NCBI GenBank assembly: GCA_030749225.1
Contig: JASMKO010000028.1
Span: 11,090-75,089, forward strand
DNA length: 64,000 bases
Reading direction: 5' to 3'
Origin: Verrucomicrobiota bacterium
Lineage (GTDB): Bacteria; Verrucomicrobiota; Verrucomicrobiia; Limisphaerales; UBA1096
Below are positions 19,728 to 28,618 of the stretch, in pieces. A program made the translations under genes and the position numbers. Under the pieces are notes generated by a model that worked only from the letters and a program-made list of their open reading frames with translations, was not told the DNA's origin and made no database searches. How positions within the stretch are numbered: the stretch's first letter is position 1; each line of letters opens with the position of its first letter.

Positions 19728-21740
19728 TCAACGGTTGGGAGATTCGATGACCGGTGGCGTCGGCGCGGTTGCTGGAGAGGGAATCAGCCGGGTGTAACGG
19801 ATACCGTACTCGCCAGAGACAACGCGGCGGAAGTTGCCCTGCAAACTGGTGAGCGGCCAGACGATGAAGATGATGTCAGTGATCAGCCAAACGAACTGTC
19901 CCAGCCAGCAGAGAAACACAGATCCAATGGTCGGCAGCAGGTACACGAATCCGAACGTCCTCCAAAACGCCGCCGAATAGCTATTACCGCGCAACGCGAA
20001 CCAGCAGCCGGAATAGTACAACGCGAACAGGTCGCCGAAAAACACCACGGCAAACAGGCTACTCATCAGGGCCATCATGGAGACGCCGAACAGGGTTTCA
20101 TCAGCGATCCCGCCTGTCATGAAAATACTCAACAGAGCCGCCACGATGGGCAGCGATGCCAGCATGATCACAGGCCACATCCAAAACCGCACCATCGCGG
20201 CGAAGTGCCCGCGCCGAAACTGCCGCTCATCCACCGGCGTCACGAGAATCTGCTCGAGCGCGCCGCTGGCCTTGGCCTCATAGATGGTCATCACCGCGTG
20301 GCGCGCCACCTCCAGCCGAATCCAAAACGAGGCTACCCAGATCAACGAGGCCATAAATATCCACAAGTCATCAATTCCGAAAAGTGCACCAGCAGATAAC
20401 AGTCCTATAAAGAATAATAGGACAACCACGGCAAGCGCTGTTAGAAGACCCACAATAAGAGCCATCAGGCAAGCGCTACCAAATTTAATTTTAAGCCTTG
20501 ACGAGTATATCAAACTGGTAGTTAAAAATAATACAACAGCGTTTATAAAATTAGCTGGATTAGAAGAAGAGAACGGGTCCGGCGCAAGCGTTATAAGCCC
20601 TACCATGACCGAAATTGCAATACCCACCAAACAGGATGCTGCCGTTATTCCTAATGCCTTGCCAAAAGAAATATCCAATTTAGTTATCCAATTAGCCGCC
20701 AACTTCAAAAAGAATGACGCGATAAGACAAAAAACAACATACATGCCTACTATCATAGCAAGCCCAGCTTCTACGCCTTCCAGGGCTACGAAGCCTAGGG
20801 GCGCCAATCCAACTGTGATCATCAAGGCCACCAGCAACCGCCGGGAGGTCCGAAATGAACGCATGCGCCACACCAGCCAACCAGCCGGGTTGGCATCCAG
20901 TAGCGCGGACTGCCGATCTGCGCTTGGCTGCAACGCGTCGCCGTCCGTTCGCTTCGCCAAGCTGGGAACCTGTGGCCTTAGCTTGGCCTCGCGCCAGCGG
21001 TGCGGGATGATCCAGGAGGCCAGGGCCAGCAGCGCTGCCGAGAGGACCAGGCCCCCGCCCAACCAGGGCCAATATTCGCCGGAACCGGCCACCGGCACCC
21101 CGATCACCGGGGCAGAGGCGTGGGCCATGGCAAATCCGGGGCTGATGAATTGTAGAGCGCTCGCAGTGCCAAACAGCCAAAAGTGAATCAATGGCAGCAT
21201 GGTCACACTGAACAGCGAGAGGAACGTCCAGAAGATTGCCCGGCCGCTGCTCCAGCTAAGCGCTGAGAAAAACATCCCCAGCGAGAGCGAAAAAATGAGG
21301 ATGTTGAGCAAAGCACCTGCCGTCCGCCAGAACTGGTCATTCGTCACGCCGCCCATCAATAACGGCAGCGCCAACACAGGGAGTACTGCCAACACGCCGT
21401 AAAACGACTTAAGCGATGCGGTGATCATCTTGCCCAGCACCACATCGTACCCGCGCAGGTCGGTGAGGAAAAGCAGACCAAGCGTGCCGTCGTTTTTTTC
21501 GCGTGTTAGCGTGTCGGAGGTCGTCCACAGACCGGCCAGCAGGCAGTAGACGAAACAGGCCCAGGCGAGGATGGCGAAGAAAATGTCGCCTTTCATCATG
21601 CCGCCCTCCAAATATGCGATTCCCAGCCAGAGGCCACCGAAGCAGACCGCCACGATGGCGATGATCCAGCGCCACAGCCACGAGCCGAGTTTGCGGGAGG
21701 CCAGCCTCAGTTCGCGCTCAACGATGGGCAGGCTGGTCAT
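19728..21740 (-). CDS. ABC transporter permease (PVC type) carrying an AT-rich in-frame insert
   Basis: 'LPIVERELR.ASR', 'D.L.REK..GTLGLLFLTDL...DVVLGK' and a second 'GALEQILVTP' motif. Confidence 0.8.
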   Translation of the reverse strand: MTSLPIVERELRLASRKLGSWLWRWIIAIVAVCFGGLWLGIAYLEGGMMKGDIFFAILAWACFVYCLLAGLWTTSDTLTREKNDGTLGLLFLTDLRGYDVVLGKMITASLKSFYGVLAVLPVLALPLLMGGVTNDQFWRTAGALLNILIFSLSLGMFFSALSWSSGRAIFWTFLSLFSVTMLPLIHFWLFGTASALQFISPGFAMAHASAPVIGVPVAGSGEYWPWLGGGLVLSAALLALASWIIPHRWREAKLRPQVPSLAKRTDGDALQPSADRQSALLDANPAGWLVWRMRSFRTSRRLLVALMITVGLAPLGFVALEGVEAGLAMIVGMYVVFCLIASFFLKLAANWITKLDISFGKALGITAASCLVGIAISVMVGLITLAPDPFSSSNPANFINAVVLFLTTSLIYSSRLKIKFGSACLMALIVGLLTALAVVVLLFFIGLLSAGALFGIDDLWIFMASLIWVASFWIRLEVARHAVMTIYEAKASGALEQILVTPVDERQFRRGHFAAMVRFWMWPVIMLASLPIVAALLSIFMTGGIADETLFGVSMMALMSSLFAVVFFGDLFALYYSGCWFALRGNSYSAAFWRTFGFVYLLPTIGSVFLCWLGQFVWLITDIIFIVWPLTSLQGNFRRVVSGEYGIRYTRLIPSPATAPTPPVIESPNR

Positions 21741-21755
21741 GTCACGGATTCATTG

Positions 21756-23321
21756 TCAGGCACCTGCCGCCCGGGCGGCCACTTGACGAAAGTTGGCTTT
21801 CAAGTCGTTCATCGCGCGGATCCCCCAAAAAAAATTGTTACCAAGGCAAACAAAAAACCAAAGTCCCAAAACGAATTCTTGATTGAACCAGTCAGGCGCT
21901 CTAGGACTCAACAACTGACCAATTGCAACGATCAAAAAAACAACACCCAAAAAAATGATCCATGGCAGGAACAGGATGCGCAAAGCCACGCCACTCCCAC
22001 TGAAGGATGGTTTGCGGGAAGTCAAACTGAGCCGCATACCAACAAAGTGCATTGCCCAGATATCTGCCACCAGTATAGCCAAACCGACAAAGTAGTAGGG
22101 CCAAGTGTCCACAGCCGAGTCAAACATCATGAATGGAACGGTGACCAGCACGAGACCAAGCGGTAAGCCGAACTGCCACAAAAGGCGCCGCGCCTGGCCA
22201 AATGAGAAATCGCTAAAATTCAACGGGGTTGCCAGCAGCAACTCCAGTGCTCCCTCCTGACGATCCTCACGAAACCGGTCACACACCGCTGAGACGATCC
22301 ATATTTTGAAGCCGGTGAAAGTAAACCATAGAGTCCACAAGTATTCCTCCTCACCCAGCCACCATCTGCCATTTTCCAGTAATCCCCACAGCCAAAGCAT
22401 AAACCCGGCAAACAAAGCGGCCCAAACCAGTAAGGGCCGCCAACGCCGCCGAACTCCCAGCCAAAAAGCCGGGTTATCATTGAGTAGCTTGGTTCGGTGT
22501 GAGATCGCATTAGCAGGGCGCAGCTTGACAATAGCATTTGGTTTCGCCTCCCGGTCCTGCCAGGCACGCGGCGCCCGCCATACCGCGAAGCCAAGCGCAG
22601 TCACTCCAACACCTAGGGTCATAGCCAGCGACTGGTAAAAGACTGCGGCAGCGAATCCTCCGCTGAACGCCAGTGGAAACATCGCACCCGTGCTGAAACC
22701 TGCGATCAACTCTGAATGGGAGCGGCTTATTACACTGTATTCCGCAAGTACAATACCGAAGATCGGTGCTCCGAAGATGAGCAGGAGAATGAGGAGCGCC
22801 GTAACGCCGATCGCTGCCTTGGATGATTTAAATAAAGCCGAGCAGGCCATGCCGACCGAGAGTGACATGAACAGCGCGGCAAACAGCACTCCGACCATCC
22901 GGCCCACCTCCGCCGGATCCACACCGCCCATCAGCAGCGGCACCATCATCACCGGCGCAATCGCCATCAGACCAAACACCGCCTGCACCGAGCAGGCGCT
23001 CATCTTACCCAGCACCACGTCGAGTCCGCGCAGGTTCGTCAGGAATAACAGGCCGAGCGTCCCGTTGCGCTTCTCCTCGCTGAGTGTGTCAGCCGTCAGC
23101 CGCACGCCGGCCAGGTTGCAGAAGAAAAAAGCAAAGCCGGCAATCACGCCGAAAATGATCTGGCTGAACTCATGCGGCGGCGCGTTGTCCATCGACATGA
23201 CAATGAACATCCACGCAAGGACTACAATGGCAGTGAGAGCCGTGACAAAACGGATGACCTGGGTCTCCCGACGGCGGGAGGCCACCAACAATTCACGGCC
23301 AACAATGGGAAAAGGGTTCAC
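21756..23321 (-). CDS. ABC transporter permease (PVC type), paralog of the downstream gene
   Basis: 'FPIVGRELLVASRR', 'DTLSEEKRNGTLGLLFLT', 'GALELLLATPL'. Confidence 0.82.
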   Translation of the reverse strand: MNPFPIVGRELLVASRRRETQVIRFVTALTAIVVLAWMFIVMSMDNAPPHEFSQIIFGVIAGFAFFFCNLAGVRLTADTLSEEKRNGTLGLLFLTNLRGLDVVLGKMSACSVQAVFGLMAIAPVMMVPLLMGGVDPAEVGRMVGVLFAALFMSLSVGMACSALFKSSKAAIGVTALLILLLIFGAPIFGIVLAEYSVISRSHSELIAGFSTGAMFPLAFSGGFAAAVFYQSLAMTLGVGVTALGFAVWRAPRAWQDREAKPNAIVKLRPANAISHRTKLLNDNPAFWLGVRRRWRPLLVWAALFAGFMLWLWGLLENGRWWLGEEEYLWTLWFTFTGFKIWIVSAVCDRFREDRQEGALELLLATPLNFSDFSFGQARRLLWQFGLPLGLVLVTVPFMMFDSAVDTWPYYFVGLAILVADIWAMHFVGMRLSLTSRKPSFSGSGVALRILFLPWIIFLGVVFLIVAIGQLLSPRAPDWFNQEFVLGLWFFVCLGNNFFWGIRAMNDLKANFRQVAARAAGA

Positions 23322-23327
23322 CTCCTG

Positions 23328-23355
23328 AGTTCCAAGTTTTCAGTTTCAAGTTTGA
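23328..23355. repeat. Degenerate 7-bp tandem repeat, 4 copies (AGTTCCA AGTTTTC AGTTTCA AGTTTGA)
   Basis: Read directly from the intergenic sequence. Confidence 0.7.
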
Positions 23356-23394
23356 AACCCATGAATCCACCACCCGGCGGCGCTTGGCAAAGCA

Positions 23395-24996
23395 CTACTG
23401 AGAGTGTTCAAACTCGCCCTTTTTCAACTTCGTCATGTAGGCGTCCAGATCCTTTTTCACGCCGCCCGCGAGGAAGTACAGACCAAGCACATTCGGGAAT
23501 GCCATGCCGAGAATCATCAGGTCACCGAAATCAAGAATGTTCGTGGAGGTGATGATGGAGCCAAGGAAAACCATCACCAAAAACAAGATGCGGTACACCA
23601 TCGAGGAACCGTCACCGAACAGCCATGCCCAGCAACGTTCGCCGTAGTATGACCAGGCTATCATAGTACTGAAGGCGAACAAAACCACCGCCACTGAAAG
23701 GATGTAAGGAAACCAGGCAATCTCTGCAGCAAACGCAGTTGAGGTTAGCCCGGCACCATTGTTATCCGCCGCGAATGGCTTGGCGATCTCCGCCGCTGCG
23801 CCTCCCTCGTAATGACCGGTGATGACAATCACCAACCCTGTCATGGTGCAAACGATGATCGTATCGATGAACGGCTCGAGCAACGCCACGATGCCCTCCC
23901 GGACCGGATACTTCGTCCTGGCCGCGGAATGGGCGATTGCGGCTGAGCCCACACCGGCCTCGTTGGAAAAAGCAGCCCGCTTGAACCCTGTAACCAACAC
24001 ACCGATGAAGCCTCCCCAAGCCGCATTTGGATTGAAGGCACTGTCAATGATCGTGCCAAACGCAGCGGGAATTTCAGAGGTGTGTTTGAACAACACCACC
24101 AGGCAGGCCAAAAGATAAATGCCGCACATGGCCGGCACAATCTTCGCAGCGGTCTGCGCGATGCGCTTGATGCCACCGATAATGACCAGGCCGGTCAGCA
24201 TCGCCATAACCACCCCAAACACCCAGCGGTGGTCCGCCAGCCAAGGAATCGTTTCCTGCACCGCATTCAGCGACTGGTTAACCTGAAACGTGTTGCCACC
24301 ACCAAACGAACCGCCGATGCAAAGGATGGCAAACAGGACAGCGAGGCCCTTTCCAAACCCACCAAACCCCTTTTCGGTCAAGCCTTTGGTAAGATAAAAC
24401 ATCGCACCGCCCATAACTCGACCATCTGGCCTTGTCTCGCGGTACTTTTGACCCAGAGTACACTCGGTAAATTTCGATGACATGCCAAGGAACCCGGCAA
24501 TGATCATCCAGAAAACCGCACCCGGCCCACCGAGGCTGACAGCGATGGCTACACCAGCGATGTTGCCCAAGCCAACCGTCGCCGAGAGCGCAGAGGAGAG
24601 CGCTTGAAAATGACTGACCTCGCCCTCAGCATCGGTGTTGTCGTATTTGCCACGGACGACATCGACCGCATGCTTGAAACCGCGGAAGTTGATGAAACCC
24701 ATCCGGATAGTGAAGAAGATGGCACCAACAACCAGCCAAGCGACGACCAGCGGAATTCCCGTGCCTGAGGACGAAGTGTAAATGGGAAAGAAAAATGCTG
24801 AGGCGATCCAACCCACCAGTGTTCCGGCAATGGCATCCACTTGCTCGAATATGCCACTCTCCTTTCCCTCCTCCTGAGCAAATGCCGGGGCAACGGAAAG
24901 AGTGAATGCCATGCAGGTGGCGAAGAAACGACGCGCGATGCCTACCGGCGTCATGCAGCTTTTTTGCCCTGAAAAAACTTCAGTTGTTTGTTTCAT
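23395..24996 (-). CDS. Alanine/glycine:cation symporter (AGCS) family protein
   Basis: 'GEVSHFQAL..ALSATVGLGNIAGVA', 'GGPGAVFWM', 'RAAFSNEAG.GS', 'LEPFIDT', 'WSYYGE'; start codon uncertain. Confidence 0.93.
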   Translation of the reverse strand: MKQTTEVFSGQKSCMTPVGIARRFFATCMAFTLSVAPAFAQEEGKESGIFEQVDAIAGTLVGWIASAFFFPIYTSSSGTGIPLVVAWLVVGAIFFTIRMGFINFRGFKHAVDVVRGKYDNTDAEGEVSHFQALSSALSATVGLGNIAGVAIAVSLGGPGAVFWMIIAGFLGMSSKFTECTLGQKYRETRPDGRVMGGAMFYLTKGLTEKGFGGFGKGLAVLFAILCIGGSFGGGNTFQVNQSLNAVQETIPWLADHRWVFGVVMAMLTGLVIIGGIKRIAQTAAKIVPAMCGIYLLACLVVLFKHTSEIPAAFGTIIDSAFNPNAAWGGFIGVLVTGFKRAAFSNEAGVGSAAIAHSAARTKYPVREGIVALLEPFIDTIIVCTMTGLVIVITGHYEGGAAAEIAKPFAADNNGAGLTSTAFAAEIAWFPYILSVAVVLFAFSTMIAWSYYGERCWAWLFGDGSSMVYRILFLVMVFLGSIITSTNILDFGDLMILGMAFPNVLGLYFLAGGVKKDLDAYMTKLKKGEFEHSQ

Positions 24997-25017
24997 TTGG
25001 GTTGTTCGGGTTTGTCC

Positions 25018-25052
25018 AAAAAAAAGAGCCGGGGTTGAGCCCGGCCCTTTTT
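25018..25052 (-). terminator. Rho-independent terminator, possibly bidirectional
   Basis: Minus strand AAAAA GGGCCGGG-loop-CCCGGCTC TTTTTTTT downstream of the prepilin-like gene. Confidence 0.75.
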
Positions 25053-25079
25053 GCCAAAGATCGTTCCTTAAAGCGATCC

Positions 25080-25892
25080 TCACTTTAACGGGTTAAAGTA
25101 TTTGTCAATCAATGCCGGATTCCTTTGAATTTCCATGATCCGCTGATGCTTGATGCTCTCCGCGTGGCCGTCGAAATAGCCGGCGTTGATGCCAGTCTTG
25201 TGCATGGTGTGAATCTTATCACCCATCGCGTTAACGCCCACCCCCTGACCGGCCCGGTTCCCGAATGCCGTCCCGTGCGGGTGGAAGCTGGCGTTACGCA
25301 TCGAGTGCGGATCCTCGTTGAGCAGCAGAAACTTGTCAGACGGATTCCGGACCATCGAATACTTGATCCCGGGATGCACGCCCCCAGTCTGGCCATTCAT
25401 GTAACTGGTCATGCTAAAGTTGACCCGCAGTGCCAAACCGATCGGCCCCGTGCTCGGGCAGCGGTACACGCCGTACACCGTCTTGTTCCGGGTGTCGGGC
25501 ATCCTGTTTTTGCGGATGATCTCCTGACCAGTCACGTGGGTGAAAATCGAGCCAGCCTCGGCATGAAACGGGATGTTCCGGTCATAGCGGTTCCAGTCCC
25601 TGCCGCGTTGCAGCACCGCATCACCCGGGCCACCCCAGACCCAGTCCTCATGCCAGTTCCGGTCGGTCGAGCCGGCAAACGGCAGATGATCATCATAATC
25701 ATCCTTGTACATATAGATACCCAAACCGACTTGGCGCATGTTACTGAGGCACTTGGCGGAGCGGCCGCTCTCCTTGGCGCTAGCCAGGGCTGGCAGCAGC
25801 AAGGCGGCCAAAATTGCGATGATGGCGATCACGACAAGCAGTTCAATCAGCGTAAAGCCCCGGTTCCCTTGAGACGTTTTTAGCGGTTTCAT
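25080..25892 (-). CDS. Prepilin-type N-terminal cleavage/methylation protein with H-X9-DG motif (PVC type)
   Basis: '[28 protein letters not shown]......C.SN..Q' and C-terminal '[13 protein letters not shown]'. Confidence 0.9.
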   Translation of the reverse strand: MKPLKTSQGNRGFTLIELLVVIAIIAILAALLLPALASAKESGRSAKCLSNMRQVGLGIYMYKDDYDDHLPFAGSTDRNWHEDWVWGGPGDAVLQRGRDWNRYDRNIPFHAEAGSIFTHVTGQEIIRKNRMPDTRNKTVYGVYRCPSTGPIGLALRVNFSMTSYMNGQTGGVHPGIKYSMVRNPSDKFLLLNEDPHSMRNASFHPHGTAFGNRAGQGVGVNAMGDKIHTMHKTGINAGYFDGHAESIKHQRIMEIQRNPALIDKYFNPLK

Positions 25893-25960
25893 TTCTTCTC
25901 GCAGGCAAAACTAATGCTGTATCCCTCAAAATGCCAACGCATTTTTGACTTATAAACGGG

Positions 25961-26719
25961 CTATTTTGCGCAAACATGGCAATCCGCCCTTGGCCGCAAC
26001 CGGACGGTGTGGAACATCATCGCCCGCAAATCACAGGTCAGCAGCCGGTTAAAGAGCGGCTCGCCCAGCCCAGCGATGATCTTGATCGCCTCCATCGCGC
26101 CGAGACAACCGACCATACCCGACACCGCACCGATCACCGGGAAACGCCTCCGCCAGTTGTCCGGCACCTCCGGATAGAGGCACCGCAGACAGCCGGTTTG
26201 GCCCGGCGCAAAGCTGGTGATGTGCGCCTCGGTCTCGTACATCGCGCACTCGACCATCGGCTTTGCCAAGCGCACGGAAGCATCGTTCATCGCGAAGCGC
26301 TCCTCGAACATCGGCGCACAATCGACCACCACATCGGCCTGTTCAACAAGTTCTGCGGCATTGGCTTCGCTGACGTTTTCCGACACGCCCACGATCTCAA
26401 TCCGCGGGTTGAGCCCGGTGAGCGTCGCGACGGCGGTGTCGATCCGCGGCTGACCAAGCGCGTCGTGCTGCATCAGCAACTGCCGGTTCAGGTCGCTGGG
26501 CTTGAGCGTACCACCGTGGGCCAGCACCAGTCGCCCCACCCCGGCCGCCGCCAGTTCGTACGCCACCAAGCCGCCCAGACCACCGATGCGACTGACCATC
26601 ACCGTTGCCGCCTTGAGCTTGCGCTGCCCCTCCTCGCCAAAACCGGCTACTGTCGTCTGCCATGAGTACACCCCGCGCTCAATATCAGTCAACGCCGGTA
26701 GGTCGCTTGGGTCACTCAT
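25961..26719 (-). CDS. HesA/MoeB/ThiF-family E1-like adenylyltransferase
   Basis: 'FGEEGQ.KLK', 'GGLGG', 'SDLNRQ', 'VVDC', CLRC motif and C-terminal CHVC motif. Confidence 0.88.
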   Translation of the reverse strand: MSDPSDLPALTDIERGVYSWQTTVAGFGEEGQRKLKAATVMVSRIGGLGGLVAYELAAAGVGRLVLAHGGTLKPSDLNRQLLMQHDALGQPRIDTAVATLTGLNPRIEIVGVSENVSEANAAELVEQADVVVDCAPMFEERFAMNDASVRLAKPMVECAMYETEAHITSFAPGQTGCLRCLYPEVPDNWRRRFPVIGAVSGMVGCLGAMEAIKIIAGLGEPLFNRLLTCDLRAMMFHTVRLRPRADCHVCAK

Positions 26720-27353
26720 TGCGGGTCACCTTGCCATCGGCGAGGCAGAAGTGGCAGCCGGCGAGGCGCCTCGCCTCGCTGGGGCTGTGGGTGATATGCA
26801 GGATCGTCACGCCTGTTTCCTGGTGCACACGCTCAAGCAGCCGGCACATCTCCCCGTACAGTTCCTCGTCGAGCGCGGCTAGTGGCTCGTCAAGACAGAG
26901 CACCGACGGCCGGTGTGCCAAGGCACGGCCCAGCGCAACCCGCTGCGCTTCACCGCCACTGAGCCTGTCCGGCATGCGGTCGAGCAAATCGGCCAGGCCA
27001 AGCAACTCTGCCAATTCTCCCACGCGATCAGCAATAGCCGCTTGGCCAAGCGATCGCAGCACAAGCGCGAAGGCCAACTGCTCGCGAACCGGTAGGGTCG
27101 GGAACAACGCCCGATCCTGCGGCACGTAGCCGACCCCGCGCTCGGCCGGCGGTAATGTCGTTACATCTCGATCGCCCAAAATAATTTTTCCACTCTCGAT
27201 GTTTCTTAACCCACAAACAGCCTCAAGCAGTGTCGTTTTGCCGCAGCCACTGCGCCCCATTAGCACACCATACTCGCTGGCGGACAACTCAAGGCCGACG
27301 TCGCACAACTCAAAGTCGCCCTGTCGCAGAGTGATTTTGTCGAGGGCGATCAT
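26712..27353 (-). CDS. modC: Molybdate/tungstate-type ABC transporter ATP-binding protein
   Basis: Walker A GRSGCGKT, LSGGE signature, 'LDEP'; ATGA overlap with the permease. Confidence 0.8.
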   Translation of the reverse strand: MIALDKITLRQGDFELCDVGLELSASEYGVLMGRSGCGKTTLLEAVCGLRNIESGKIILGDRDVTTLPPAERGVGYVPQDRALFPTLPVREQLAFALVLRSLGQAAIADRVGELAELLGLADLLDRMPDRLSGGEAQRVALGRALAHRPSVLCLDEPLAALDEELYGEMCRLLERVHQETGVTILHITHSPSEARRLAGCHFCLADGKVTRNE

Positions 27354-28618
27354 GCGAAGATCCGTTTCATGCCCAGCGTTCGGGCAATGAGGAACACCAC
27401 GACCGCAGCGGCAATCATGATGAGCGAAACCGCCAGCATCCCCTCGGTGCGCCCAGCTTGCAGCTCGAGAAAGGCGCTCGTCGGGAGCACTTCGGTTTTC
27501 TGCCGCGTAGCCCCTGCGAAAACGAGAATCGGGCCGAACTCGCCCAGCGCCCGCGCCCACGCCAGCGTCCCGGCGGCCAGCAGCCCGCCCTTGGCCTGCG
27601 GCATGATGATCCTCCAAAACGCCTGCCGCCGGTTGCAGCCCAGCGTGAGCGCCACCTGCTCGAAGCGTTGCGGGATCTGGTCAAATGTCACGCGCATCGT
27701 CCGCACCGCAAACGCGCAAGCGACCATGAACTGCGCAAGCACTACAGCTGGCCACTTGTACACGACCGCGTCGCTGAGCCACTCCGGCATATAGCGGAAA
27801 AGGATCAGCAGGCTCAGGCCAACGACCAACGGCGGCAGAACGATCGGGATGTCGAGCAGCGTGTCGATGACCGGCTTGCCACGGAACTCGAACCGGCTCA
27901 TCACGTAGCCGATCGGCACCGCCACCCAAAGTGACAACAGCGTCGTTAGTGTGCAACTGACGAGACTCAGCTTGATGGAAAAACGTATGTCGCGGCTCCG
28001 CAGCGCCTGCACGAGTGGGTTGGGCCGGGAGAGTGACAGCGAGCCGACCGCCGCCGTGCCGGCCGCTACCGCAAAGGACAACTGGTTCGTCGTCGTGTGG
28101 GTGATTTCGTGAACGCCGTTCCAACCCGGCGCATCCGCCCCGCTGACGCGGAGGAACTCGCCCCATAACTGGCCGTGCACCACGTCGGTCGTCACGGTTG
28201 CAACGTCGTTGCTCAAGACAATGCCGCGCACGCGCGCCTCCGGCCGCAACGAAGCCGTGATCGGAGCGGCCTGTTCCTGAGCCCGCGGAAGTAGAGTGAC
28301 CGTGCCACCATCCGCCCGAAACGAACCGTCACGCGTAAGGGTCTGATTACCCGCCCTCAACCCAGCCTCGTTTTCACCCCTGCGAAAAAAATAGCGCCGG
28401 CCGGGCTCGACCGCCACGGTGGTCTCCCCACCGGTGTACCGGCCCTGTTGCAACCGTTCCGGGCCGAGCACTGGTCGGTCGCCGTAATTGAGGTATACCA
28501 GATCGGCCAAGACCATCGCCGCAATGATCAGTAGGTAGCTCCCGCCCAGCACGGCGAGGCCGAGGAGGAACGGCTTGTCGGAGGCGATGCGGTGGCTGTT
28601 TGGCGACGTGCCGCTCAT
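27350..28618 (-). CDS. modB: Molybdate-type ABC transporter permease with a large inserted soluble region
   Basis: 'SIKLSL', 'DIPIVLPPLVVG..LL', 'WARALGEFG' ModB/CysT-type motifs. Confidence 0.8.
   Translation of the reverse strand: MSGTSPNSHRIASDKPFLLGLAVLGGSYLLIIAAMVLADLVYLNYGDRPVLGPERLQQGRYTGGETTVAVEPGRRYFFRRGENEAGLRAGNQTLTRDGSFRADGGTVTLLPRAQEQAAPITASLRPEARVRGIVLSNDVATVTTDVVHGQLWGEFLRVSGADAPGWNGVHEITHTTTNQLSFAVAAGTAAVGSLSLSRPNPLVQALRSRDIRFSIKLSLVSCTLTTLLSLWVAVPIGYVMSRFEFRGKPVIDTLLDIPIVLPPLVVGLSLLILFRYMPEWLSDAVVYKWPAVVLAQFMVACAFAVRTMRVTFDQIPQRFEQVALTLGCNRRQAFWRIIMPQAKGGLLAAGTLAWARALGEFGPILVFAGATRQKTEVLPTSAFLELQAGRTEGMLAVSLIMIAAAVVVFLIARTLGMKRIFA

Noticed and set aside
20284-21186. 300-aa plus-strand ORF over the AT-rich insert as a separate gene
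   Set aside because: Its I/K/N/T/A-rich composition mirrors hydrophobic codons on the opposite strand; the minus-strand permease frame is continuous.
18506-27057. Cyanobacterial HIP1 (GCGATCGC) occurrences
   Set aside because: Only a few copies were noticed, which is compatible with chance in GC-rich DNA.
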